This document shows, piece by piece, positions 1 to 10,948 of a stretch of 64,000 bases of DNA. Position numbers and translations under genes: made by a program. The stretch lies in assembly GCA_030704615.1 (NCBI GenBank), contig CM060734.1:29140001-29204000 (forward strand), given 5' to 3'. Source of the stretch: Takakia lepidozioides. Taxonomy: Eukaryota; Plantae; Bryophyta. Within the stretch, counting starts at the first letter, position 1. Each line of letters starts with the position of its first letter. Under the pieces are notes generated by a model that saw only the letters and a list, made by a program, of their open reading frames with translations, did not search any database and was not told the origin of the DNA.

Positions 1-6
1 GATGAC

Positions 7-1401
7 ATGTATGGTATGGCGGAGTTGCCTACCATGGTTGCTCAGACTCCATTGTGGGGCACGAGCAAGGATTTGCAGCGGGATGCTGATCGACGGGTGC
101 AACAAGCCTGGGTGGAGGCTTTTGTACCGTCAGGAGGAGGAGAGTGTGGGATTGCACCAGGACCACCTCAATTGTCTCCATTGGACACCACACCTATTGT
201 GTGGCAGTCTCCGGATGAAGGCATTTGTCTTCTGGACTTGTTTTTGGCGGGATCAGCACCGGATTGGCTGCTGTGTTACAGGCAGGTGTACGAGTTCGGC
301 GTTACCTGTATGTGGAGAGGGATGAGACTGCACGACGTTTCACTTCGCCATGTTGCTCAGTTGGTGCAGCGGTACCCTGAGTTGTTGTCGGTGTCTGCAA
401 TTCGTGGATATCAGCAGGCCTTGCCAGCAGACATTTCGTTGCTGGGGGCGCAGGATTTGGAGCGGGTTGGCTCCATTGATCTGGTAGTGGCAGGTTGGCC
501 CTGCCAAGGGCATTCATCAGCCGGGCATGGCAATGGATTGCGAGACTCGAGGTCGGGTCTGTTTTGGGAGATGGTGCGGGTTTTGCGCCACTTGCAGCTT
601 CATCAAGCTGTATCTCCAGCATACATCTTGGAGAATGTGCCACTGATGGGCGATTCTCGGGCCAGGGTGATGGCCAGTGTGCATCAAGTCCGGTCGTGGC
701 TTGGGTCAGCAGTGTTGCTAGATGCAGCTACAGTGGGGTCACGGGCTCATCGTCCACGGCTATGGTGGACTAACATGATGCCACCCGCACTGCTCAAGCG
801 TGCATTTGATGGGGTGCAGCGGCCAGCACATCTCACAGTGGATAACATTCTGGACACAGGGAGGCAGTCTCAACGTGTGAGACACGATGACCGTTCGCCT
901 TTGGCAGTGGTCAACAAGGTGGGTCAACCACGAGCAGCATTACCTACACTGCTCAGCTTCCCAGGATCGCATGCTTTCCGGGATAGTGGACCTGGCCTCC
1001 TGTGGGATGCTCAGTTGCAGCAGTTAGTGGAGCCTAATGCTGACGAGCGTGAGCGGGCAATGGGTTTTACCACTGGTACCACGGCGGTGTCGTCTCTTTC
1101 TGAGGCATCACGTCGTCAAGTGTTGGGGCAAGCAATGGATCTCAATTGCTTGACCTGGATTATCAGCTTGGCTCTAGCTGAGCAACGCAGAGTGCGGAAT
1201 ACACTTCCCTCAATGGTCTCTCTGCCTACCGAGACGGTACAGGCAGTGAGTGGGGGCGAGCATGTGAGGACCACGGGGTGCATGCATCCATGGCACACGT
1301 GGGAGGTGCTCGAGGTTCAGAGGGAGTTGGCAGCCAAGGCGGCTGTGATGGATGAGGTTGGGGATTCTTCTCGGTTGAGGAGGTCCTCAAGGATGAGATG
1401 A
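7..1401 (+). CDS. DNMT3-like cytosine-5 methyltransferase domain within the retrotransposon pol (copy A)
   Basis: Motif IV DLVVAGWPCQGHS (catalytic PC), motif VI ENV, motif VIII AHRPRLWW, IX ERERAMGF, X LGQAM. Motif I (LLDLF-GGISTG) is displaced by a +2 T-run indel near 241-245 that is compensated near 335-345, judged against copy B. Confidence 0.9.
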   Translation: MYGMAELPTMVAQTPLWGTSKDLQRDADRRVQQAWVEAFVPSGGGECGIAPGPPQLSPLDTTPIVWQSPDEGICLLDLFLAGSAPDWLLCYRQVYEFGVTCMWRGMRLHDVSLRHVAQLVQRYPELLSVSAIRGYQQALPADISLLGAQDLERVGSIDLVVAGWPCQGHSSAGHGNGLRDSRSGLFWEMVRVLRHLQLHQAVSPAYILENVPLMGDSRARVMASVHQVRSWLGSAVLLDAATVGSRAHRPRLWWTNMMPPALLKRAFDGVQRPAHLTVDNILDTGRQSQRVRHDDRSPLAVVNKVGQPRAALPTLLSFPGSHAFRDSGPGLLWDAQLQQLVEPNADERERAMGFTTGTTAVSSLSEASRRQVLGQAMDLNCLTWIISLALAEQRRVRNTLPSMVSLPTETVQAVSGGEHVRTTGCMHPWHTWEVLEVQRELAAKAAVMDEVGDSSRLRRSSRMR

Positions 1402-1589
1402 TGGGGCAGGATGATGCCTTGTCATTGACTGAGCAGGTAGGGAGTACTGCTCAAGAGGTTGCAGCATAGCAACCACGGGACGCGTCCTCTACCTCTAAGC
1501 CCACTGGACTTAAGGTTGTAGTTACGGAGGACAATTGGGAGCCTGACATTGGACCCATTGTCACCGGAGGAGAGAGACGACGTATACGG

Positions 1590-2960
1590 CGGTTCCTGAG
1601 GGCTTACAGGAATTGCTTTGCCTTCAGTTTGAAGGACTTGGGAGCACTGAAGGGTCAAGAGATCCGTATTGAGTTGGCCACTGACACGCCAATCTTTCGG
1701 AGACCCTATAGATACAGTGACATGGAGAGTCTTTGATTCAGATGAGGACTCAAGATCTCTGGGAGGCAGGTTTGGTGGAGCTCTCTGGTGGAGAGTATGC
1801 TTCAGCCACAGTGATGCCAGCCAAGAAGGATGTCTATGGCAATTGGACGGAGACGTATGTGCGGTGATTACCGGCCTGTAAATCGTCAGACCAAGTCCGA
1901 TAAGTATGCCATGCCAACAACACCAGAGGAGATCTTTGATGCCATCGGGCATGCTAAGGGCTTTAGCACTTTGATTTACGATCCGATATCACCAGTTGCC
2001 AATCAAGGAGGCGGACAAGCAGAAGACGGCATTCTGGGGGATCAATGAGCACGGCAAGGATTGCCTATATCAGTGGCGGTTCTTACCATTTGGGCTTAAG
2101 AATGCTCCTGCAGAGTTCAGAGAGTCATGGATAGGATTCTAGCAGGGGTGGACTTTGCTCGGCTGCACATAGATGACATCATCATCTTTAGTGTTACGAT
2201 GGAGGAGCATGAGAGACACCTTCAGGTGGTATTGGAGCGCTGAGAGCGCACGGATTGAAGTTGCATCCGGGGAAGTGCAAGTTTTTCCACAACCAGATTG
2301 AGTATCTGGGTCACACATGATATCCTGGAGGATTGGGGGTACAGCAGACTAAGGTAGAGGCCCATTGCCACAATTCCACGCCCCACGATGTGAGCCGAGT
2401 TCGAGCTTTCATGGGGTTGGCAAACTATTATAGACGGTTTGTCAAGGGATTTAGTACCATTGCAAAGGCTCTAACCAAGCTGACCAAGGTGGACCAGGAG
2501 TGGCAGTGGGAAGATGAGCAGGAACGAGCTTTTCAAGAGCTCAAGGCGAGGTTGACCTCGGCGCCTATCTTTGAGACGACCTATCAGGGGGCGTCCCTTT
2601 CAGCTGCATACGGATTGGAGCATGCTGGGGCTTGGAGCGGTGCTCACACAGGTGGATGATGAGGGAAGAGAGTTTTGTGTTTACGCTAGCCGCTCGAACA
2701 ACGCTGCAGAGGCTAAGTACAGCTCATATGAGGGAGAGTGCTTAGCTGCAGTGTGGGCCGTGGCACACTTCAGTGCTATCTATACGACAATCTTTTCACC
2801 CTTGTCACGGATCACCAGCCACTCAAGTGGTTGATGGAGTCAGACAAGCTTAGGGAAGCTTGCACGGTGGGCACTTATACTCCAGGAGTATGACTTTCAG
2901 GTTGTGCATCGACCGGGTTTGGTCAATCGGATGCGGATGGATTGAGTCGCAATCCATGCA
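1590..2960 (+). pseudogene. Reverse transcriptase and RNase H of copy A (many frameshifts)
   Basis: RRMCGDYRPVN, PFGLKNAP, (Y)IDDIIIFS near 2168-2192, FMGLANYYRRFV, LHTDWS, YSSYEGECLAAVWAV, TDHQPL. Confidence 0.9.
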
Positions 2961-3307
2961 TGAGCCAGCAGGATGACACTGGAGCTCGGTGGCATGGTGA
3001 GACGGACGAGGAGATGGTGCCGGGATGGCACGCATCTGCATTTTTGTGTATCTTGGCATTGGGAGGTCAGATTGGACCTACAACAGGGATGACTGTAGAC
3101 GGAGTGTCTGAGGACCCTGAGGCTAGTGATGAGCTAGGTGGTGCCAGAGATATACATGAGGATTCGGCTGTGTTGGACTACCTCCGCACGGGAGACACGG
3201 CAGCCATTGTGACTGCCAGGAGAGGGATCGGATCCTGCAACGAGCCAAGAGGTTCAAGTGGGAGGGGATACACCTACTTCGAGTGTGGGAGGATGGTCGG
3301 GTGAGGA

Positions 3308-4380
3308 TTGTGCCTCACCCCACAGCGTGCACGGTTGCGGCATGCCCATGAGGAATTGGGGCATTTTGGAGTGCGACGCACTCACAGTTTACTGCAGGGG
3401 CAGTATTGGTGGCGTGGTATGCATACAGAGGTGCAACAGTTTGTGGCTAGTGCATGGTGTGACAGGGTGCGTGCTTCATTCAACGCCCCTACACCACAGT
3501 TGCATCCTTTACCTATCATGGGATTGGGCTACAGGTGGAGTCTTGACTTCGCAGGACCGTTGCCACTGACTATGCGCCACCACAGATATGTGTTGGTGAT
3601 GGTGGAGCACTTCTCCAAGTGGATTGAGTTGGTTCCATTGCCTGACAAGGCTAGTGAGGGGGCTGCGTATGCATTCTTGGATCGTGTGCTTAGCCGATTT
3701 GGTGCTCCAGCTGAGGTACTCACGGACCAAGGGAGAGAGTTCTTGGGGAGTTTCAGGCTTTGTGTGATAAAGCCTTGATAGACCACCGCACCACTTCTCG
3801 GGATCATCCTGAGGCCGATGGCTTAGCAGAGAGAGTTGTTCAGACGGTGAAGAGGGGGTTTGCGCAAGTATGGCTTGCAGAAGGGACACCTAGGAGATTG
3901 GGATCTTCAGGTTCCTTGGTTAGCCATGGGCTACAGGTTCAGCAAACAAGCATCACTTGCCTCCTTCTCACCATATTTCCTTCTCTTTGGCCGAGAGCCG
4001 GATTTGCCTGCAGCCATTCGTAGGGACACTGCTCAAGTCCTTAACCTTGACGATCCGGACGTTGGGTACGTGATGTGATCAGCGTGCAGAGTTGTTCAAG
4101 AAAGTCATGCCCATGGCTTTTGAGAACCTTGCCATTGCACAGCACCGTGATACGTTGAGGTATGCCACTATACGTGGTGGAGGATATCGTCCTGGGGTTC
4201 GGAGGTTTAGCCCTGGTGACTATGTTTATTTGCAGCAGACTGCTCCTACGACTCTGGATGTTACTGCAGGGCGTGTTATTCTGAGGGTTCGAGAGGTGTT
4301 GCCCTCAGGGGTCCTGATCTTAGAGGGTCGGGATGGCATGACTTGGAAAGACCATGTGCGTAATTGTGCGCCATGTCACC
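3308..4380 (+). pseudogene. Integrase of copy A (HHCC zinc domain, DDE core, C-terminal region), frameshifted
   Basis: HEELGHFGVRRT, WSLDFAGPL, VLTDQGREF, HPEADGLAER. Confidence 0.9.
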
Positions 4381-4582
4381 TTCCAATGTCGATGGCAGAG
4401 TTGACCCAAACTTGGCAGTGGTACCTGCAGGTTTGAGGTGCATGCTCTGTGGGTCTGCCAAAGGGGCAGCCACCATGCTGGTGTGTGATCGGTGCTCAAG
4501 GGGTTGGCATATGGGATGCTTGACACCACCTCTTGAGAAGGTGCCTGACGGAGATTGGTTGTGTCCACACTGCTTGGGATAG
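4364..4582 (+). CDS. PHD finger (C4HC3) at the integrase C-terminus
   Basis: CMLC...CDRCSRGWHMGCLTPPLEKVPDGDWLCPHC then stop. Joined to the integrase tail (HVRNCAPCHLP) by a single-base frameshift near 4380. Confidence 0.9.
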   Translation: MCAMSPSNVDGRVDPNLAVVPAGLRCMLCGSAKGAATMLVCDRCSRGWHMGCLTPPLEKVPDGDWLCPHCLG

Positions 4583-4841
4583 TGGCAGTGGACATGACTG
4601 GAGGCAGCTAACAAGACATGGGAGGCCAAGCTCATAGGAGTCAATACATAAGATCCCAAGCTCAAGTTCACGGGTTGCAAGACGGCGACTAACGATGGGG
4701 CAACTCTTGCACCCGGCCTCTTGATCTATCGAGTTTGAGTGTAGTAGGGATAGTGGTGGAGGACTTAGTGAGGCTATGGTCACTATCACATCTTGTGGCT
4801 ACCTGGACTTAGAGGGACCTAAGCACCAGCTAGGGGGCGAT

Positions 4842-5359
4842 TGTGTGGACTAGTGACTGCCATAGTGGGCAGCGTAGTGGCAGCCTAGTGACTGACTAGT
4901 TGTAGCCTAGTGGTTGGACTAGTGGCTGGACTGTGGTAGACTAGTGGTATACTAGTGTGTGGTGTGCACATGTGTTGTGTGGTTTTGGACAGCGATGTAG
5001 TTGTGTAGCGATATGTATGCGCACGACAGCTGTCAAGTTATTTTACCACTAGTGTGAAACTAGCTAGGAAATAGCTATCTTTTACATATTGACATTTGGG
5101 ATTGGCCCAAGTGTCAATCCAGGGGTCAAGGCAGATTTAGGCCCTGGAGTGGTTATCTTCACGGCAAGCGCGGGAGGCTCATCTTTCTCGAGTTGAGCCC
5201 TCACCGCGCCTAGCTATGGGCGCCGTAGTGTGGATTCCCCATGGCGTGGGGTGCACTTGGCTTGACTTGTATTTGAGTGATGAGGTTATATATGCATGAG
5301 TTTATGCTTCAGCTTTGTGAGCTCGCATGAGCTTGTGCTTGTATTCTTCTTCTTTATCA
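4842..5359 (+). repeat. 3' LTR of copy A (TG...CA), followed by a second partial copy of its first ~185 bp (5361-5544)
   Basis: Follows the PPT directly. Starts TGTGTGGACTAG, contains CTAGTGG microrepeats, ends TTTATCA at 5359. The same start recurs at 5361. Confidence 0.7.
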
Positions 5360-5544
5360 TTGTGTGGACTAGTGACTGCCATAGTGGGCAGCGTAGTGGC
5401 AGCCTAGTGACTGACTAGTTGTAGCCTAGTGGTTGGACTAGTGGCTGGACTAGTGGTAGACTAGTGGTATATGTGTGGTGTGCACATGTGTTGTGTGGTT
5501 TTGGACAGCGATGTAGTTGTGTAGCGATATGTATGCGCACGACA

Positions 5545-6760
5545 ACTATCTTAGCCAAGATAGTACATAGTATTTTGTTGGTAGTATCTGCCTGCCCATT
5601 ACCCTGTGGGTGATAAGTTGTACTCTTCCTATGCACAATCATGAACTCTTTAGTCAATAGTTCTATGGTCTCATTAATGAAGTGACTTCCCTAGTCACTG
5701 ATAAATTCCAGGGGACAGCCAAATCTGGTAAGTATGTTCTCATATAGGAACCTTGTTGTGGACTTAGTTGTGTTGTCCCTCAGAGCTTTAGCTTCCGCCC
5801 ACTTTGTAGTATAATCAGTGGCTATGATTATATACTTATTCTGTGTATTTCTGGCTGGTGGGTTAATTGGTCCAACAAAGTCTAGTCCCCATTTCTGAAA
5901 TGGTTCAGTAGGCTTCGTAGGATGCAAAGCCATCTTTCCATATCTTTACAATGGTCCTAGCCTCTGACACTCATTACAACTCTTGCAATACTTGTGTACA
6001 TCCTTGAACAATGTAGGCCACCAGTAACCTGCAAGTAATATCTTTCTACTGGTAGTCTCTTCTCCAAAATGACCTCCAGCCACTCCTTTATTCCTTCCTC
6101 CAAAACTTTATTTACTTCATGGTGGTACAAGCATCGTTTAAGTACTCCATCAAGTCCTAGCTTATACATTTTGCCCCCTATCATAGTGTAAGGTAAAGCC
6201 TTGATAGCTATTCCCTTCCTCTGCTCCTTCCCATAACTAGATGGGCACTGACCATGAGTAAGGTAATATCTGATTGGCCACTGCCAATCTAACCAATCAT
6301 CTGCACTTCCCTGCACCTCCACTGCAAATAAACTCGCATCAGGTAGTTGGTCGTCTACTCCGGTGGCGGGCTCTCCTGTTGATAGGCGTGACAAGTGATC
6401 TGCCAGATGCAAACGGGCCAGGCTTGTAAACAAATCATTGTCAATGCTTCTCTTTCATTTGTGCTATAGTTCTTCTCAGCACTGTTCATCAACCTGCTAG
6501 TATAATACACAGGTGAATCTATGTTTCCTGTAACATTTTGGGCTAATACTACCCCCAATGCTTCCTGAGGCATCACAATGAACATGAAACACTACATGCC
6601 CGTGAGGGTTAATCACCACAGGTGTAGTTGTTACTGATAGTGTAAGTTCCTCAAAAGCCTGTTGACATTCAGCTGTCCATGCAAACACTGCATCTTTCTT
6701 CAAAAGCTTGCTCAATGGTGCTGCTATCTGTGCATACCGTCTGACAAATCTTCTTTAATA
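5545..6760 (-). pseudogene. RNase H and integrase of the second Gypsy family (frameshifted, truncated at 5545)
   Basis: VHCDAS, NYSTNEREAL, HLADHLSRL, PFQKWGLDFVGPI, TDYTTKWAEA, TYHPQGNGQAD. Confidence 0.88.
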
Positions 6761-8521
6761 ACTGGTTTGTCCAAGGAATCTCCTTAGACTCTTAACATTT
6801 ACTGGTGATGGAGAGGCTTTAATGGCCTCTGTCTTTCTGGGATCCACAAGAAGTCCCCTCTTACACACAATGTGTCCCAAAAGTACCCTTGAATTCACAT
6901 AGAAAGTACATTTCTCTGGATTCAAGCCCAGACCTCTCATCCTGCATCTGGCCAAACATAACTCCAATTTATGCAAGTGCTCACTCTTAGAGCTGTATAC
7001 ACTGAAATCATCTAAGAACACATGCATGAAATCATCCAGATACTCATGGAAAGATTCACTTATCACTCTCTGAAAGGTTGCTGGTGCATTACAAAGTCCA
7101 AAAGGCATGACTTTGTATGCATAAACACCCCAGTCTGTGATGAAAGCTGTCTTTCCCTGGTCTTCTTCTGCCACTTGCACTTGGTTATAACCACTAAAGC
7201 CATCCATGAGTGAGTACATCTCATGGCCTGCCACAGTGTCCAGTACCGCTTCTATGAATGGCAAAGAGAAAGGATCTTTCTTTGTACAAGCGTTCAACTT
7301 CTTATAGTTCATACAAACTCTCAGTTTACCATTCTTCTTGGGAATTATCACAATGGGTGACAACCAAGTTGTATACTCTATCGGGTATATAAACTTAGCC
7401 TCAGCCAACTTCTTGATCTCTTCCCCAACCTTCTGTGCATAGTTGGGATTCATTCTGTACCTTGCCTGTTTGATTGGTACTGACCCTGGTTCCAATTCAA
7501 TCTTATGCTCACACATCTTAGGTGGTATCCCTTTCAAATCCTCATAGCTCCAAGCAAATACATCTCTGTATTTGATGAATAGACTCTTAGCTTCCTTAAA
7601 GAATTTTGGCTCCAAGTCAGCCCCTACTTTCACCATTCTCGGTTCCTCCTCAGTTCCCACATTCACTTCTCTCGCTTGCTCATCAGCTGTGATTGTCCAA
7701 CCAGTCACTACTTCATTCTGTAAACTCACAGTGGCTGGTTCTTCTAATATTTCCATTTCTTCATAGAAATGTGGTGGGTAACTGCTTGTTTCACCCTCAA
7801 TTGGTGTTGTTGTCACTACACCACAGTAGATACCTTTTAAACAACTTAGGCCCTCCATTTGCATTTCTGCAACCTGCTCCCACTCTGGGTGTGCAGCAAA
7901 CAGGGTAGCTTCCTGCTCCTCATCAAGTCCTCTCCTCCAGTGATACTCTCTGACTCCCCGAGGTCTTCTCGTAGCAGGTAGTCTATTAGATTTCTTTGTG
8001 GTGATTTGTATCTTGTGCTTCCCATCATGCACAGTTAGTAACTGGGAATTCCAGTCATGGAATACCCTGGCCTGTTTCAGCCATGGTCGACCCAGCAATA
8101 AGGAGTAAGCTTCCATGACATCATCCATTTTCAACACAGTCACTGTGATCTTAAAGATCATCTTTTGAATCTGTATCTTAACTCCTATTATCAAACCTAA
8201 TGGCTGAACACTTCTTTGATCTGCCATTGTTACTGTGAATGGGGCTGGTTTCATGTCACTTAAACCAAGCTTTTGCCTTAATTGGTCGGTTATGATATTC
8301 ACTCCAGAGCCTCCATCTATCAGTACATCAGTTAAGTCTGTGCTTCCAATTCTCAATTGGATTACTGGCATAGAATCATCAAAGTCCATGACTGTTTCTC
8401 GCCCTTTTGGCTTCACAGTATAGCTTGTTACCTTGCTGTTCAGATCTGTGTTCCCTGTCACATGAGCAATCTGATTACTTGCTTGATACAGCCTGTGCCT
8501 ACAATGAGGTGCCACAGCCAA
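6755..8521 (-). CDS. Aspartic protease and reverse transcriptase of the second Gypsy family
   Basis: 588-aa ORF with VLIDGGSGVN, LLLGRPWL, WLSPIVIIPKKNGKLRVC, DGFSGYNQ, MPFGLCNAPATFQR, VFLDDF. Confidence 0.93.
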   Translation of the reverse strand: MAVAPHCRHRLYQASNQIAHVTGNTDLNSKVTSYTVKPKGRETVMDFDDSMPVIQLRIGSTDLTDVLIDGGSGVNIITDQLRQKLGLSDMKPAPFTVTMADQRSVQPLGLIIGVKIQIQKMIFKITVTVLKMDDVMEAYSLLLGRPWLKQARVFHDWNSQLLTVHDGKHKIQITTKKSNRLPATRRPRGVREYHWRRGLDEEQEATLFAAHPEWEQVAEMQMEGLSCLKGIYCGVVTTTPIEGETSSYPPHFYEEMEILEEPATVSLQNEVVTGWTITADEQAREVNVGTEEEPRMVKVGADLEPKFFKEAKSLFIKYRDVFAWSYEDLKGIPPKMCEHKIELEPGSVPIKQARYRMNPNYAQKVGEEIKKLAEAKFIYPIEYTTWLSPIVIIPKKNGKLRVCMNYKKLNACTKKDPFSLPFIEAVLDTVAGHEMYSLMDGFSGYNQVQVAEEDQGKTAFITDWGVYAYKVMPFGLCNAPATFQRVISESFHEYLDDFMHVFLDDFSVYSSKSEHLHKLELCLARCRMRGLGLNPEKCTFYVNSRVLLGHIVCKRGLLVDPRKTEAIKASPSPVNVKSLRRFLGQTSY

Positions 8522-8647
8522 TAACTGTCCAATGGTAATCTCCGCCTTGGACTGGCATATTACTTCAGCCTGTGCCTACAATGAGGTGCCACAGCCAATA
8601 ACTGTCCAATGGTAATCTCCGCCTTGGACTGGCATATTACTTCAGCC
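8489..8647. repeat. 77-bp tandem duplication in pol, bounded by CAGCC microhomology
   Basis: GCCTGTGCCTACAATG...CATATTACTTCA at 8491 and again at 8568. It shifts the reading frame. Confidence 0.9.
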
Positions 8648-9012
8648 AAAGTCCCTTCATTACTCTGCACTTCTGCAGCTTTTTTCTTTCCCTCATCCTC
8701 ACTCTCTTCATCTTCTCTTCCAAAATCAGAGGAATCTGCCATATGGATATCAGTACTCTCCTGCATTTCCCTTATGGTATCTGCCACTTCCTTGTGCAGT
8801 TCCTTCTCATCTCTCCAAGCATCTTCATCTTCAAGCACATCATTGCCATCTTCATTATCATCAACTTTCTCATCTACTGGAGGTATTAGCTTAGCTTTGC
8901 TTCTGGTTACTATCATTGTACTTACTTCTGGTACAACACATGGCCTAATCATGTGAGCTGCCACCACTGGGCCCTCATTCACAGGAGCTCTCATCTCATT
9001 CTGGTGTTTGAT

Positions 9013-10928
9013 CTAGAATGGACAGGCTGCCTTACGATGTCCTGCCTTATTACAATAGTAACACAGTTCTTCCCCATTAGGTCCTCGCCCTTGGTCTGCT
9101 CTGGGATTGTTTCTATAATCTTGATTCCTTGGCTGGTAATTCCCCCTTGGATTACCCTGATAGTTACCTCTGGAATTTCCTTGGTAATTCCCTCTTGGAT
9201 TACCTCTCCCTTCCATGCCATTGTTATAACCACCAGGCCTACCATAGTGGTCCTGATCACTGTTTCTTCTTGGCTGGGGCTGCACTTGATGCACCCTTAC
9301 TTGCCTAGGTTCTCTAGCTGCCGTCCTTCTGTTGTAGTAACAATTCTCAGTAGAATGGTTATCCAATTTACAGATAGTACAGTGTTTCTCCTTCATGTGA
9401 CATTCAGTGGTGGTATGGCCTTCATTCTGGCATTTTGCACACCAAACACCATTCCTCCAATGTGTTGCAGCCTTTGTGGCATACTTCTTCAAGATTTCTT
9501 CTAATCTTCTCTCATAGTTATCCCTCTTCAACTTTTCCTTCTTTTTATTCTTCCTCTTGAGCTCTTGCTCTTCTTCTCATCATCCCTTTTATCTTTCCTG
9601 AGCATTCCCAATTGCTCAATTCTGTTAGCTGTTTCAAATGCTTCCTCCACCATATTATGGGGTAGCATATCCACTTTCTTTTGCAACTCTAGTCTTAGTC
9701 CACTCACAAACCAAGTCTTTTGTAATCCTGATGCTGGTACAGCAGCCAACTTTTTCATCATCAATTCCATCTTTTCCATGTACTCTTCAACAGTTTTATG
9801 CTTATTTTGCTTTAACTGTTGTAAACTTCCATACACTTCATCCTCAGTTTTACTTGTCCTGAACCTATTTCGGAATGTTGTACTTAAGCCATTCCAGGTT
9901 AGGAAATGATTATCAGGGAATCTTGCATACCATTCACTTGCTTTCTTTATAAGTGAACAAGGAAACAGTCTCATTTTGGCATCATCGCCATTCTCATTGT
10001 TCACAATACACATGTGCTCAAATTGGCTGATGTGTACATCAGGATCCCCTTTTCCTACATATATTGGAAAATGTGGTTTTGCCCGTGTTGGTTGTAACGC
10101 CATCTGTGGCTCTACCCCCTGCCCACTGACAAGTGCTGGCCCCCCTGCTGGTGCTGGTCCTTGAGGACCTGTTGTAGTTGTGGTGGAACTTCCACCAAGT
10201 GCTGGCCCCTAAGCACTCCCTGCTACTGGCCCCACTATATTCACAGTATTCCCAGCTCCAGTTGCACTACTTCCCACACTCATTGTCCCCCCAGAGCCAG
10301 CTCCAGGCTGCCCGCCTGATCCCCCTGAGCCGACACCTTCGTTGGCCTGTGATCCAAGTGCTCCACTTGATCCAGGTCCAACAGGTTGGGATGTCCTGGT
10401 TGTAGTCTCAACCTCAGCTGTTGGGTCTACCTCTTCATACTCTTCATCTTCCAATTTCTTCTCTCTGTTTTCATCTTCCAAGTTTTGCCCTTAGGTTTCT
10501 TCTTCTTCACTCATGTAACTCAATTGCAATGGTGTTGGAGAGTCTGAACTCTCCGTTGGCTCTGCCACATCCTCTCCTCCTTCTTCGTCTTCCGTTTCAG
10601 AAACTGGAGTTCCTACTTTTGGTGTTCCATGCCAACTCTTATAAAAGATTTCTGTCAAATCTTTTATCCAGGGATGTACCCCATATCTCTCCCCTCGTGG
10701 TTGATCTTCTTCCTGTACTAATTCTCTTAATCTTTCTTATAAAGGAGTAGCATCCAACTCTAGTTCTTCCGGTATGGGTGATGTATTCTTTGATCTTAAC
10801 GGTGTGAGAGGTCCAGATGATTCCCCTATGTCTATTCATCTCTCCCAAAGATATGGATAATTAGCTTTCAGATAACTTTATCTTTTTGCTGAATATCTCT
10901 GGAGTCTAGCTTCTCTTTCATCACTCAT
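9013..10928 (-). pseudogene. gag of the second Gypsy family (retrotrans_gag capsid and 3 zinc knuckles), interrupted by stops and frameshifts
   Basis: MSDEREARL start at 10928, DPDVHISQFEHMC...LFPCSL..KASEWY, knuckles CAKCQNEGHTTTEC, CTICKLDNHSTENC, CYYCNKAGHRKAAC. Confidence 0.88.
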
Positions 10929-10948
10929 GTCCCATGTCTTTCATATCT

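Larger units (their letters stand above)
1..5544 (+). mobile_element. Ty3/Gypsy LTR retrotransposon carrying a C5 DNA methyltransferase and a PHD finger (copy A; 5' part outside window; frameshifted)
   Basis: Consecutive DNMT, RT, RNaseH, integrase and PHD coding blocks in Gypsy order (RT-RH-INT), then polypurine tract TAGGGGGCGA (4831-4840) and an LTR starting TG at 4842. Colinear with the minus-strand copy at 53530-59569. Confidence 0.93.

Noticed and set aside
7-1401. Bacterial restriction-modification methylase (contamination) or a host DNMT gene
   Set aside because: The domain is intronless and embedded in pol upstream of RT in two copies, on a contig with spliced plant genes.
10533-10560. 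TGTTGG start with a small hairpin as a possible LTR boundary
   Set aside because: It lies within the gag frame (EPTESSDSPT), and similarity to the sister copy resumes after a short deletion.
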